Shown here piece after piece: positions 23,510-34,115 of a DNA stretch of 64,000 nt. Each line of letters begins with the position of its first letter. Position 1 is the first letter of the stretch. The notes below the pieces were generated by a model. It ran no database searches, was not told where the DNA came from, and worked only from the letters and a program-made list of their open reading frames with translations. The stretch is from an uncultured Elusimicrobia bacterium (lineage in GTDB: Bacteria > Elusimicrobiota > Elusimicrobia > 2-01-FULL-59-12), in assembly GCA_963702895.1 (NCBI GenBank), contig OY969767.1, positions 1,664,001 through 1,728,000 of the forward strand, written 5' to 3'. The position numbers and the translations under genes were made by a program.

Positions 23510-24395
23510 GACGTTTCCTCAGCAAGGGGCACTGCGACAGCGCCGCATGCAGCTTTTTTCTGGATTCTGGCCCGAGGGGCACAAGCGGCAGCCGTAATTC
23601 TTCGCGGCAAAGGCCGAGCGAGGCCATGGCGGCTTTGAGCGGAATAGGATTGGTCTCCAGAAAAAGCGCCCGCATCAGGGGAAACATCTGGTTATGAATT
23701 CGTCGTGCCCGCTCGGGGCTGCCTTGGTCCCAACTCTTCACGAGGTCCGACACGGCTCCAGGAAGTATGTTACCAATCACCGAGATCACCCCGGTCGCGC
23801 CCAGCGCCAGGAGCGGCAGAGTCAGAGAATCATCGCCAGACAAGACGACAAAACGTGACGAGTCCACGGAAGACATGAGCTGACTCGTATAGTCCATGTT
23901 GCCTGACGCTTCTTTTATCCCCACGATGCTCGGGCAGTTCTCCGCCAGACGCACGACCGTCTCGACCGGCATATTGATCCCGGTACGGCCGGGAATGTTG
24001 TAAAGCACAAGCGGCAGCTTGGAAGCCTTGCTGATGGCACGAAAATGCGCGTAGAGGCCTGCGGGGCTTGGCTTGTTGTAATAGGGCACGACCGACAGAG
24101 CGCCGTGCGCTCCCGCGCGTTCCGCGTGCTTGACGAGGTTAATCGCTTCGTCCGTGGAATTGGAACCCGCTCCAGCAAGCACGGGGACCCGGCCTCGGGC
24201 GGCTTTGATCACCACTTCGTTGACGTGCCGATGCTCCTCATGTGAGAGGGTCGCCGACTCTCCCGTCGATCCGCAAGGGACAAGCCCCCCCGTTCCATGG
24301 TCAAGATGGAAGTCCACCAGCCACTTCAGGCGTGCTGAATCCACTTTTCCGTTCTTAAATGGTGTGACGAGTGCGACAAAAGATCCTTTAAACAT
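23502..24395 (-). CDS. dapA: 4-hydroxy-tetrahydrodipicolinate synthase
   Basis: GSTGE, PYYNKP, YNIPGRT, GIKEASG, ETNPIP. Confidence 0.96.
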   Translation of the reverse strand: MFKGSFVALVTPFKNGKVDSARLKWLVDFHLDHGTGGLVPCGSTGESATLSHEEHRHVNEVVIKAARGRVPVLAGAGSNSTDEAINLVKHAERAGAHGALSVVPYYNKPSPAGLYAHFRAISKASKLPLVLYNIPGRTGINMPVETVVRLAENCPSIVGIKEASGNMDYTSQLMSSVDSSRFVVLSGDDSLTLPLLALGATGVISVIGNILPGAVSDLVKSWDQGSPERARRIHNQMFPLMRALFLETNPIPLKAAMASLGLCREELRLPLVPLGPESRKKLHAALSQCPLLRKRRG

Positions 24396-25326
24396 GGTAT
24401 TCCCCCTTAAACGTCACGCGTACCGGCCCTGAAAGTGTGATACCCGTCGCATCCGAAGACCGTCCGAGTTCCGGAGCGCCACACAACAGGCGCCCGCCAA
24501 CCGTGTGGCGGGCCCGACGCCTCAAGCTGGACTTGGCACGTCGGACGTCGGACGGACGTTGAAAATCGACCTTCAGAATAGCCCCACTGGCGACGACACA
24601 GCGGACCGGCGCTTGGACAAGACCCTTCAGCACAGCAGCGATGGCGCTCGCGACAACGCCTGTCCCGCAAGCCAACGTTTCCCCCTCCACGCCCCGCTCA
24701 TAAGTACGAACACGGAGCTTGTGAGGCCCGATTTTTTGAACGAAATTGACGTTGGCCCCCTGGGGTCCAAACGCGCGATGGAACCTCAGAGACCGGCCCA
24801 GACGACCCACCAAAACCTTGTCCACATCCGCGACAAACAAGACGGCGTGCGGCACGCCCGTGTTGATGAAGTCGGGACGATAGAGATGGCCGCCGACTTG
24901 GGCGGTCACACCCGGCCTGAAGTCATAAGCATCGGCCAAGCAGATCTCGACCACCTGACCTCGGACGCAAGCGCCCACGGCATAAGCATCCGTATGAAAG
25001 CGAAACTTCTTGGGCACGAGGCCCTGCGCATGGGCGAAATAGGCCATACAACGAGCGCCATTGCCGCACATGCTGGCGCGCGAACCGTCGGCGTTGTAGT
25101 AAACCATGCGAAAGGCAGGCGTCCGACGCGTGACGTCCGACGTCGGACGTCGGACCTCGGACGGATCCTCCAGGAGCAGCAGGCCGTCGGCTCCCACGCC
25201 GAATTGGCGATGGCACAGACGCTTGGCCCAGTCGCCGTAATGGCCGGCGATGATTCGTCGGCGGTTGTCGATCACGACAAAATCATTGCCGGACCCCGAC
25301 ATCTTCCAAAAACGCAAGCTCTTCAT
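24388..25326 (-). CDS. dapF: Diaminopimelate epimerase with two in-frame repeat insertions (24452-24558, 25120-25163)
   Basis: GSGNDF, MCGNG, TGVPH, ERGVEGETLACGTG. Confidence 0.93.
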   Translation of the reverse strand: MKSLRFWKMSGSGNDFVVIDNRRRIIAGHYGDWAKRLCHRQFGVGADGLLLLEDPSEVRRPTSDVTRRTPAFRMVYYNADGSRASMCGNGARCMAYFAHAQGLVPKKFRFHTDAYAVGACVRGQVVEICLADAYDFRPGVTAQVGGHLYRPDFINTGVPHAVLFVADVDKVLVGRLGRSLRFHRAFGPQGANVNFVQKIGPHKLRVRTYERGVEGETLACGTGVVASAIAAVLKGLVQAPVRCVVASGAILKVDFQRPSDVRRAKSSLRRRARHTVGGRLLCGAPELGRSSDATGITLSGPVRVTFKGEYHV

Positions 25327-26594
25327 AAATCTGGGGGAAAATGCTCGCCCCGCATGAGGTCATCCACCGTCTCCCGGTCGCGGATGATGGTCCACTGGCT
25401 TCCGTGAACCAGCACTTCCGGCGGCCGAGGGCGGGAATTGTATTGCGAACCCATGGAAAAACCATACGCCCCCGCGGTCGCCACCGCCAGGCCTTCTCCC
25501 TGGTCCAAGAGGCGCAGGGAGCGGTTGCGCGCGAGATAATCACTCGATTCACAAACGGGACCGACAATGTCCGCCGTGATGTGCTTTCCCCTTTTCTCCA
25601 GCAGGGGATGGACCGCGTGATAGGCATCGTAGAGCGCGGGCCTGGCCAGGTCATTCATGGCAGCGTCCACAATGAGAAAATGTTTGTGGCCCACATCCTT
25701 ACGGTAGAGAACACGCGTTAAGAGGATGCCCGCGTCTCCAAGGAGATAACGGCCGGGCTCAAGCAAGAGTTGAATGTCCCTGCCGCGAAGGCACCGGCAG
25801 AGCTCCGCCGCGAGCTGCTTGGGCGTTGGCGGTGTCTCATCTCGGTAGCGGATGCCAAGACCGCCGCCCAAATCAATGTAGCGAAGCGTCATTCCTTCGT
25901 TTTCTAATTGATCCACCAGGTCCAGGACTTTGTGGAGCGCCGCGGTATAGGGCCGCGTGCTCGTGATTTGGGAGCCCACGTGCACGTGGATCCCCAGCAG
26001 ATTGATCCTGGGAAGCTTGGCGGCCTGACGAAAAAGCGGCAGCGATTTCGCCATAGGAATTCCGAATTTATTCTCCTTTTTGCCGGTGGTGATATGGTCA
26101 TGCGTCAAAGCATCCACATCGGGATTCACACGGATCGCGATGGGAGCCGCTTTATGAAGGGCCGCGGCCATCCGGTCGATCTCCTGCAATTCTTCTTCGG
26201 ATTCGATGTTCAACATCAGGACCCCCGCTTCGAGGGCCGCCCTGATCTCATCCGGGCGTTTCCCCACACCGGAGAACACAATGCGGTCCGCGGGGATGCC
26301 GGCACGCCTGGCGCGCACGAGCTCACCCACCGAAACGATATCAGCGCCGGCTCCCGCTCGACCCAAAAGGGCGAGGAGCGCGCCGCTCGAGTTGGCCTTC
26401 ATGGCAAAGAGGATTTGGTGGCTCACCGCGCGAAACGCCTCATCAAAGCGTCGGTAGTTGTCCAGGATCCTGGCGCGGCTGTAGACATAAGCCGGCGTCC
26501 CGACATCCACCATGAGGCGGTCCAAGGGCACCTCCTCGAAATGGAGATGGCGGTTCTTATAGCTCAGAAGGGGCGGGAGCGCGATGGGGCTCAT
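25323..26594 (-). CDS. lysA: Diaminopimelate decarboxylase
   Basis: AMKAN, HVGSQ, EPGR, GPVCESSD, GAYG. Confidence 0.96.
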   Translation of the reverse strand: MSPIALPPLLSYKNRHLHFEEVPLDRLMVDVGTPAYVYSRARILDNYRRFDEAFRAVSHQILFAMKANSSGALLALLGRAGAGADIVSVGELVRARRAGIPADRIVFSGVGKRPDEIRAALEAGVLMLNIESEEELQEIDRMAAALHKAAPIAIRVNPDVDALTHDHITTGKKENKFGIPMAKSLPLFRQAAKLPRINLLGIHVHVGSQITSTRPYTAALHKVLDLVDQLENEGMTLRYIDLGGGLGIRYRDETPPTPKQLAAELCRCLRGRDIQLLLEPGRYLLGDAGILLTRVLYRKDVGHKHFLIVDAAMNDLARPALYDAYHAVHPLLEKRGKHITADIVGPVCESSDYLARNRSLRLLDQGEGLAVATAGAYGFSMGSQYNSRPRPPEVLVHGSQWTIIRDRETVDDLMRGEHFPPDL

Positions 26595-27619
26595 GATTTT
26601 TTCCTTATCTCGCTGAGCAAGAGCTCGTTGAAATGCGACACGGCCTCGGTCGGCGAGAGCTGCTGGACCCGCAAAGCATCCTGATAGGCGGCGGCATGCT
26701 GGCCGCGCTCATAATGCAGGAGCGCCTTCACATAATGCATGAGTGGAGACTGCGGATAGGTCTCCGACAGCATTTTCAGGAGTCGGTCGGAATCCCTCTG
26801 ACGACCTAATTGATCATAAAGCATCATGAGTCGCAGGCGCACATCGTCCCGCGCAGGAGCGGCCTTGAGCGATTCCTCCCAGGCGAGAGCCGCTTGTTTG
26901 AGATCACCCAGACTTTGATAGATCTCGCCGAGCCGGATGTCATAGTCCGCTCGGGGCAGCCGGGCCTTGGCCTGGCCCAGCACGGCGACTGCCTTCACCA
27001 GGTTTTTCTGGTGCGCATAACAATCAGCGATATGGAGATAGATCTGCGGCTTGGGGTCCCGCGCCAGGGCCTGCTCGTAGTAACTGATCGCCTTGTCCAA
27101 AAACCCTCTTTTCTCATAGACGACCGCGATTTCTTCGTAGGGCACCGCCTCGCGCGGGCGGAGCTCGATGCAGCGCCCATAGGACTCGATCGCGCGCGCA
27201 TGGAGATCCGCCGCTGCGAAGGCCCGCGATCGGGCGAGATTGGCGTCCCAGTCCTTGGGGCTGTCGTGCAGCGCATCATCATAGGCGCTGATAGCGCGCG
27301 AAAAATCCTTCATCGCCATACGCATATCGCCAAGCCGCGTAAAGAATTTCACTCGTTCGGCGCGGCGGGGCCTTGCGGCCAAGAGCATTTCGTACTGCCG
27401 CGCAGCCAGTTCTGGGCGGCCGACACCCGCGGCAAAGCTCGCGAGGTCTTCCCGCAGCCGCTGCACGTCACTGTATTGCCCGCGCTCTGAGGCTTTATCG
27501 ATCTGCGCGAGCCAGGTTGCTATCTTCTGGTCCACGCTGGGATCCGGCGCTGCGAAGCAGGGCCACGCGCAGAGAGACAACACGACCAAGCTTGCCCGCC
27601 GCCATCGTCCTGTGATCAT
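26591..27619 (-). CDS. Secreted TPR repeat protein
   Basis: Signal peptide followed by multiple TPRs. Confidence 0.8.
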   Translation of the reverse strand: MITGRWRRASLVVLSLCAWPCFAAPDPSVDQKIATWLAQIDKASERGQYSDVQRLREDLASFAAGVGRPELAARQYEMLLAARPRRAERVKFFTRLGDMRMAMKDFSRAISAYDDALHDSPKDWDANLARSRAFAAADLHARAIESYGRCIELRPREAVPYEEIAVVYEKRGFLDKAISYYEQALARDPKPQIYLHIADCYAHQKNLVKAVAVLGQAKARLPRADYDIRLGEIYQSLGDLKQAALAWEESLKAAPARDDVRLRLMMLYDQLGRQRDSDRLLKMLSETYPQSPLMHYVKALLHYERGQHAAAYQDALRVQQLSPTEAVSHFNELLLSEIRKKS

Positions 27620-28620
27620 CGGGCTATCCTCGCTTGGGAGATTCTCCCAAAGCTCTTGTCCAGAATAAGGCGTTTAATTTCAGGAACAGCCTTCCTCCCC
27701 GCAAGAATGCCAGCATCAATACTTTCATCGGAGCGGGCCAGGTCCATGGGACCGATATCGCCCATTTTGGGGCGGATCACCACCTGGGCCCGCGTGAGCT
27801 CATCCTTGGCCAGTCTCTGACTCATGATCGCGATGGACTGGTTCAATATCCCCAGGACGGTTTTAGGCTTGTTCTGGGAGATGTCGGCGGTGACGTCGAT
27901 CGCGACGATGAGATCGGACTTCATCAAGCTCAGCAGGTCCGTTGGCAAATTCGTCACCAGTCCTCCGTCCACCAGATAGCGGTGACGAAATTCAACGGGT
28001 TCAAACATGCCCGGTATCGTGGCGGAAGCGCGGGCGCCCAGCGCCACCGGTCCTTCACGAAAGATGACCCGCTCGCCCGTTTGGAGGTCCGTGGCCACAC
28101 AGGCAAAGGGAATCTTAAGTTGATCGAAATGAATGTCGCCAATCTGTTGGCGCAAATAGACTTCCATATTGGCTGAGGAAAGCTTCTCCTCCGTCAGAAA
28201 GAGTCGCATGAGCGAATAACGCGAGTAATTGGTCAAGGAAGACCATCCGATCTGCTCAGACATTTGTTCCATCTGGGCCGTGGTCACGCCCGCGGCGTAT
28301 AAGCTGCCGATCAAAGCGCCCACCGAAGTGCCGGAAATGGCCCCGATGGGCACATCCCCTTCTTCAAAGGCCTTGAGGACCCCGATATGGGCGAGGCCTC
28401 TGGCGCCCCCTCCTCCCAGTGCGACCCCCACGCGCGTGTCATCCTTGGGATTGAGCGTGCGGTAGCGGCTCCAGAGCATATCGATCAAGAATTCGTCCTC
28501 ATTGAGAACAGGGCTGGGCGCGCCCCAGGCCAGGGAGCAAGGGAAAGGGGTCAGGGGAAAGGGGCCGGAAATGAGGCAACACACAAACCCTAACAGCCAG
28601 ATGCGAAATCTTACATGCAT
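27616..28620 (-). CDS. Patatin-like phospholipase (secreted)
   Basis: GGGGARG, GTSVG, DGG. Confidence 0.92.
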   Translation of the reverse strand: MHVRFRIWLLGFVCCLISGPFPLTPFPCSLAWGAPSPVLNEDEFLIDMLWSRYRTLNPKDDTRVGVALGGGGARGLAHIGVLKAFEEGDVPIGAISGTSVGALIGSLYAAGVTTAQMEQMSEQIGWSSLTNYSRYSLMRLFLTEEKLSSANMEVYLRQQIGDIHFDQLKIPFACVATDLQTGERVIFREGPVALGARASATIPGMFEPVEFRHRYLVDGGLVTNLPTDLLSLMKSDLIVAIDVTADISQNKPKTVLGILNQSIAIMSQRLAKDELTRAQVVIRPKMGDIGPMDLARSDESIDAGILAGRKAVPEIKRLILDKSFGRISQARIAR

Positions 28621-28666
28621 AGCAGTTTTTCTCTTTCTCCTACCCCCTGTTCTCTATCCCCTGTTT

Positions 28667-30010
28667 CTATCGCTCTTCGTCGAGGGGCTTGCCAACGGCA
28701 CGCTCAAGAGAGGCGAGAGCGCTGAGGTGCCCATGGACGGCTTCCAGGTGACGCAACCGCGCCTCCAGCACCATACGCTCTGCCTCCACCACATGATTCG
28801 AACTGTCTCTCTGACGGATGAGTTCGTCAAGCAAAGCAGACATGCGGCGCAGGGAATCCTGTCTAGGCGCCAGCTCCTCCTGCCAGAGCTGGCACTGGTC
28901 GTAGGCTTGCCGGACCTGGAGCTGAATCTGATCGGCCACTTCTGAATGTTTGAGCGTGGCTTGGCGGTACTGCGCCCGGCGCTCACGAACTTTCGCCCAC
29001 CCGTAAACGATGTCCGAGATCGAAACCGGCAGATTGATATTGAGTGTCCCGGCCCAGTTGGCAACGGGCAGCTCAAGGTCATTGCCCGTGCGCTCGTAAC
29101 TCGCGCCAAAACCAACCGTCGGCCTGCGCTCCGCGAGCGACAGACCCACACCCAGAGCGTCCAGTTCCTGCTGATACTCCGTTTGCCGAAGTTCCGATCG
29201 GTACTGGGTGGACCAAGCCTGGAGCTTGGCGAGGTCAAGAGCCACTTGATGCGTCTCAAGCTTGCCTCGCAGAGCAACGGTCGTATTGAGTTCCAGATTG
29301 AGCGCCTGCAAATAGGCCCGGTGTGCGGCTTGCTCGGCCTTCGTGGCCTCCGCACTTTTTGCGCGAAGGTCAGACAACTCATGCTCAAGATGGAGCTGAT
29401 CATTCACGGACGCTCGCGGTCTGGATCGCCATGCCTCGGATTTCTTCATGAGATCGATCAGCTGTCGCTTTCGCTCGCCCGCGAAAAGGAGGTCGTAAAA
29501 CGCCTGCTTGGCGGTGGAGGCCACTTGGGTTTGGAGAGACTCGTTGGCGTTTCTGGCCCTCTCGTAGGAAATCTGCGCCTGACGCCAAAGGTTTTGCGAC
29601 CTTCCTCCTTCATAGACCGATTGATAGATATTGGCGCGGGCCGTATAGAAATTCTGACGAGGACTCGTTGGCACAAGCGTCGGCCCCAAGGCCGGCTGCA
29701 GCATGAGCGGCGTGTTGTCATCCACGTGGAACTTGCTCCAATTCGCGTTTAAATCGAGCCGTGGGTAGAAGAGCGACTGGGCCTGCCGCACGCGCTGCAG
29801 GGCGATGTTCACGTCCTCACGCGAAGATAAAAGCGACGGCGCGTTATGGAGCGCCAACCGAACGGTGTCTTCCAGCGTGAGAACACGATCGGGCATCTCG
29901 CCGGCCTGAAGCGGTATCGGGCTGGCCCCGAGAAGAGAGAGGAAGGTTATGAGAGCCGCATGAACGTGAGGCCTTCTCCGCACGCCCTGGCCGGGGACTG
30001 CCGTGATCAT
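28667..30010 (-). CDS. TolC-family outer membrane efflux protein
   Basis: LTLEDTVRLAL..., YPRLDL, LERAVG OEP patterns; start uncertain. Confidence 0.82.
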   Translation of the reverse strand: MITAVPGQGVRRRPHVHAALITFLSLLGASPIPLQAGEMPDRVLTLEDTVRLALHNAPSLLSSREDVNIALQRVRQAQSLFYPRLDLNANWSKFHVDDNTPLMLQPALGPTLVPTSPRQNFYTARANIYQSVYEGGRSQNLWRQAQISYERARNANESLQTQVASTAKQAFYDLLFAGERKRQLIDLMKKSEAWRSRPRASVNDQLHLEHELSDLRAKSAEATKAEQAAHRAYLQALNLELNTTVALRGKLETHQVALDLAKLQAWSTQYRSELRQTEYQQELDALGVGLSLAERRPTVGFGASYERTGNDLELPVANWAGTLNINLPVSISDIVYGWAKVRERRAQYRQATLKHSEVADQIQLQVRQAYDQCQLWQEELAPRQDSLRRMSALLDELIRQRDSSNHVVEAERMVLEARLRHLEAVHGHLSALASLERAVGKPLDEER

Positions 30011-31335
30011 TTCCGGATGAGTTTTTGGAGTTGTGAGATCTGCTCTCGAACTCTGCGGGGAGAGGTCCCCCCGTAGGAGTCTTTTACATGGACCACTTGG
30101 TCCACCGACAAAACGTTTCTTGCGCCTTCATCGAAATGGGTATCGAAGCGCCGGAGTTCCTCCAGCGTCAATTCATCCAAGCGGATGCGCTGTCCCTCAC
30201 AATAGGCCACGATGCGCTTGACGACGCCATGCGCCGTGCGGAAAGGGATCCCTTTCTCCGTGAGATAATCCGCGAGTTCCGTAGCAGCGAGAAACCCTCG
30301 GTCGCAAAGCGAGCGCATGCGGTCTGCCCGGACCACCAGGGTCGCGATCATGGGACTGGAGACCGCCAGACACCCTTGCAACGTATCAACCGTGTCGAAA
30401 AAGGGAGGCTTGTCCTCCTGCAAATCGCGGTTGTAGGAGAGCGGGAGGCCCTTGAGAATCGTGAGAAGCGCCACAAGATTCCCGTAGATGCGACCGGTCT
30501 CACCGCGGATGATCTCAGCGACATCCGGGTTTCGCTTCTGCGGCATGATGGAGGACCCTGAAGTAAATTCTTTTTGGAGCCGCACCATATTGAATTCACT
30601 CGACGTCCAGAGGATGAGCTCTTCCGCCAGCCTGGAGAGGTGCGTCATCACGAGGGCCGCCGCGGAAACAAACTCGACCAGAAAGTCTCTGTCCGAGACC
30701 GTATCAATCGAATTCGACGTCACGCGGGAGAAACCCAGGAGCTTCGCGACATAGGCTCGGTCGATCGGAAAGGATGTTCCCGCAAGCGCGGCGCACCCGA
30801 GCGGAAGTTCATCCGCGCGCTTCCAGGCGTCGGCGAGTCTTCCCTTGTCTCTTTCTAACATCCAGGCATAGGCCAGGATATGATGCGCGAAAAGAATGGG
30901 TTGCGCGTGCTGCATATGCGTGTAACCCGGCATCACCACATCACTGTTTTGCTCAGCCACGAGCACGATCGCCTTTTGCAGGCGGACAATCTCCCTGCGG
31001 ATGAGGTCGATTTGGTCTTTGAGGTAGAGCTTCAGATCTAGAGCGATCTGGTCATTTCGGCTCCGGGCGGTATGAAGCTTGCCTCCCACGGGACCAATCC
31101 GACGGATCAGCTCACGCTCAATGGCGAAATGAACATCCTCTTCTTGCGGAAGGCGCTTGCCCTCGGAGAGATCCTTCGCGATGGCTTCCAAGCCCTTGAT
31201 GATACGTCGGGCGTCGCGGGAGGGGATGATCCGGCACTTGGCCAGCATCCGGGCATGCGCCACCGACCCTTGAATATCATAGGGCGCAAGCCGAATATCA
31301 AACGACAACGATGCGATGAAGGATTGAGGATTCAT
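30007..31335 (-). CDS. argH: Argininosuccinate lyase
   Basis: HTARSRNDQ, GSSIMPQKRNPD, YNRDLQEDK. Confidence 0.96.
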   Translation of the reverse strand: MNPQSFIASLSFDIRLAPYDIQGSVAHARMLAKCRIIPSRDARRIIKGLEAIAKDLSEGKRLPQEEDVHFAIERELIRRIGPVGGKLHTARSRNDQIALDLKLYLKDQIDLIRREIVRLQKAIVLVAEQNSDVVMPGYTHMQHAQPILFAHHILAYAWMLERDKGRLADAWKRADELPLGCAALAGTSFPIDRAYVAKLLGFSRVTSNSIDTVSDRDFLVEFVSAAALVMTHLSRLAEELILWTSSEFNMVRLQKEFTSGSSIMPQKRNPDVAEIIRGETGRIYGNLVALLTILKGLPLSYNRDLQEDKPPFFDTVDTLQGCLAVSSPMIATLVVRADRMRSLCDRGFLAATELADYLTEKGIPFRTAHGVVKRIVAYCEGQRIRLDELTLEELRRFDTHFDEGARNVLSVDQVVHVKDSYGGTSPRRVREQISQLQKLIRK

Positions 31336-32633
31336 AACGACCGTCCGACGTGCGACGTCCGACGCCCAACGTATCGAAGTTTATGCCTGTGGGAAGTCTC
31401 TTGTCGGGCCATCTTGACCTCGGACTTCGGATCTCGGACGCCCTGCAGAAGGGCCTGTACTTTGATCGGCAACCCGTAGAGGTTGATAAAGCCCTCCGCG
31501 TCCCGCTGGTTATAGACCGCGTCGGCCCCGAAAGTCGCCAGGTCCTCCCAATAGAGCGAATACGGGGAGGTGCGGCCGTCTACGATCAAGTTGCCCTTAT
31601 AGAGTTTGAGTCGTACACGGCCCGTGACTTTCTTTTGGGTCTCCGTGATGAACGCTGAAAGGGCCTGCCGCAGCGGCGTAAACCAGAGACCGTTGTAGAT
31701 CATTTCCGCCATTTTGGGCGCAAGAACCGCTTTCGCGTGCAGCGTATCGCGGTCAAGCACAAGCGACTCCAGCTCCCGGTGGGCCGCGTAGAGAATCGTG
31801 GCACCCGGGGCCTCATAGACTCCCCGTGATTTCATTCCGACCAGACGATTTTCAACCAGGTCCACCCGGCCGATCCCGTGCTTTCCGCCTAGAATGTTGG
31901 CAGTCTCCACCAGTTTCACAGGGTCAAGCTTCCTGCCGTTGATCGCCACGGGACACCCTTTGACAAAGTCGATCGTCACAAAGGCTGCCTTGGCTGGGGC
32001 CTTCTCGGGAGACTGCGTCAGGATAAACATGTCCTCCCGCGGGGGCGTGTCCGGGTTTTCCAAAATCCCCCCTTCAAAGCTGATGTGCCAGAGGTTCCGG
32101 TCAGATGAATAGGGCTTTGATTTTGTGACGGGAACAGGGATCCCGTAGCGTTTGGCGTAGTCAATCTCATCTTCGCGTGACTTCATTTCCCACTCCCGCC
32201 AGGGCGCGATGACTTTGACGTGCGGCATGAGCGCTTTAAACGCCAGCTCAAATCGGACCTGATCATTGCCTTTGCCGGTGGCGCCATGGCAAACCGCATC
32301 CGCCCCCTCCTTCTTAGCGACCGCTATCACCTTCTCGGCGATGAGGGGCCTGGCGATCGAGGTCCCCAACAGGTATTTGCTCTCATAGACAGCCTGTGAT
32401 TGGAGCGTCGGCCAGAGGTAATCCGTCACGAATTCGCGCCGGGCGTCAATCAAATAGAACTTGGAGGCACCTGTTTTGAGCGCCCGTTCCCTGAGACCGC
32501 GTGTTTCCGAAGCCTGGCCAACATCCACGGCGCAGGCGATGACTTCGCTCTGGTAATGCTCCTTCACCCAGCGGAGGATCACAGACGTATCCAGGCCGCC
32601 CGAATAGGCCACAACGACTTTCTTAAAACTCAT
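31332..32633 (-). CDS. argG: Argininosuccinate synthase with repeat-derived C-terminal extension
   Basis: AYSGGLDTS, HGATGKGNDQVRF, ENRLVGMKSRGVYE. Confidence 0.96.
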   Translation of the reverse strand: MSFKKVVVAYSGGLDTSVILRWVKEHYQSEVIACAVDVGQASETRGLRERALKTGASKFYLIDARREFVTDYLWPTLQSQAVYESKYLLGTSIARPLIAEKVIAVAKKEGADAVCHGATGKGNDQVRFELAFKALMPHVKVIAPWREWEMKSREDEIDYAKRYGIPVPVTKSKPYSSDRNLWHISFEGGILENPDTPPREDMFILTQSPEKAPAKAAFVTIDFVKGCPVAINGRKLDPVKLVETANILGGKHGIGRVDLVENRLVGMKSRGVYEAPGATILYAAHRELESLVLDRDTLHAKAVLAPKMAEMIYNGLWFTPLRQALSAFITETQKKVTGRVRLKLYKGNLIVDGRTSPYSLYWEDLATFGADAVYNQRDAEGFINLYGLPIKVQALLQGVRDPKSEVKMARQETSHRHKLRYVGRRTSHVGRSL

Positions 32634-32685
32634 AAATTAACCCTTTATAAGTAATTGGAAGTAACGCCCTGGGACCGCACTTGCC

Positions 32686-32758
32686 GTCATCCCTGCGAAA
32701 GCAGGGATCCATCATGACCTGAATTTCATGGATTCCCGCTTACGACCGCGGGAATGAC
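32686..32758. repeat. Family-A palindrome
   Basis: gtcatccctgcgaaagcagggatcca..tggattcccgc..gcgggaatgac. Confidence 0.88.
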
Positions 32759-32906
32759 AATGGGGTAAGTGTTTGAACGACGGTTTTAGGGTCGAAACTG
32801 ATTATAATTTATATGGATTTATCGAGTCAAAACGAACTTATGACAGGTTGGATCGCATCAAGGGTCGCCCCGGCCCGCCTTTGCTTGAGTCAGAGCCTGT
32901 ACCTGT

Positions 32907-34115
32907 CTACCCTTCGGTCTGTGTTTCTTGTGACGCGTGGGAGGATTTGCTCTGGTGATCAAACACTTTGGAAAGGATGCCGATCGCGAAGCGCCGCTCC
33001 GAGTCCGATAAGGCAAGCGGCGGAAGAAAGCGTAAGACATTCTCCTGGGTGCAATTGATGAGGAGACCTTTTGAACGACAGGCCTCCACCAATGGCGATC
33101 CGGGGATGGTGAGCTCCATGCCAAGCATGAGGCCCACGCCACGCAATTCTCGAACAAAAGAAAACCGGGTCAGAGGGTCGAGGTCCTTCCAGAGAGCTTG
33201 CCCTTGTTTCTTCACATTCTTCAGAAGGGTGGGCCCCAGCAGCTTGAGAACGGCAAGCGCCGCGCTCGCGCAGATCGGATTACCGCCAAAAGTGGTCCCA
33301 TGATCTCCCGGTTCCAGCGTTCTCGCCACTTTCTCGCTGCCGAGCATCGCCGCGATGGGCATCCCACCTCCTAGTCCCTTGGCCAGCGTCATCACATCCG
33401 GCGTCACGCCATAGGTTTCGTAACTGAAGAGATCGCCTGTCCTTCCCAAACTGCACTGCACACTGTCAAACATCAACAGCAGGCCATGCCGGTCGGCAAG
33501 CCTTCGCAAGTCCGCAAGGAAAGACAGTTGGCTCGGGCGTATGCCTCCCTCGCCCTGGATCGGCTCAATGAGGATGGCTGTCGTGCGCGGGCTGATGAGA
33601 CGCTCAACGGAATCGATCTGGTTGAATTTCGCAACAGGAAATCCCGGCGGGAGCGGTCCAAACCCCTCCTGAAACCTGGGCTGGGCCGTTGCCGCCAGTG
33701 CCCCAAGTGTCCGGCCATGGAAGGAATTCTGGAAGACGATGATTTCGTAACGTCCACCTGTCGAACCGAACTTCCGGGCAAGCTTGATGGCAGCTTCATT
33801 GGCTTCCGCTCCGGAATTACAAAGAAATACTTTTTTGGCAAAGGACCTCTTGCAGAGGGTCTCGGCCAGCCGCGCCGCGGGCTCCGTATAAAAGAGGTTG
33901 GACGCGTGCAGCAGCTTTTTCGATTGCGCCTTGATCGCGGAAACGACAGGCGGCAGGGCGTGCCCGATTCCGGAAACGGCCAGGCCGGAAAAGAAATCGA
34001 GGTACTTCTTCCCCTTTTCATCCCACACCCAGCTGCCTTGGGCGCGCTGGATCACAATCGGATTACGCCGGTAGGTGTTAAACTGGTAGAGATCGCTGAG
34101 TTTTTTTATGTCCAT
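32907..34115 (-). CDS. argD: Acetylornithine aminotransferase
   Basis: NSGAEANEAA, SFHGRT, EPIQGEGG, AKGLGGG, TTFGGNP. Confidence 0.93.
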   Translation of the reverse strand: MDIKKLSDLYQFNTYRRNPIVIQRAQGSWVWDEKGKKYLDFFSGLAVSGIGHALPPVVSAIKAQSKKLLHASNLFYTEPAARLAETLCKRSFAKKVFLCNSGAEANEAAIKLARKFGSTGGRYEIIVFQNSFHGRTLGALAATAQPRFQEGFGPLPPGFPVAKFNQIDSVERLISPRTTAILIEPIQGEGGIRPSQLSFLADLRRLADRHGLLLMFDSVQCSLGRTGDLFSYETYGVTPDVMTLAKGLGGGMPIAAMLGSEKVARTLEPGDHGTTFGGNPICASAALAVLKLLGPTLLKNVKKQGQALWKDLDPLTRFSFVRELRGVGLMLGMELTIPGSPLVEACRSKGLLINCTQENVLRFLPPLALSDSERRFAIGILSKVFDHQSKSSHASQETQTEG

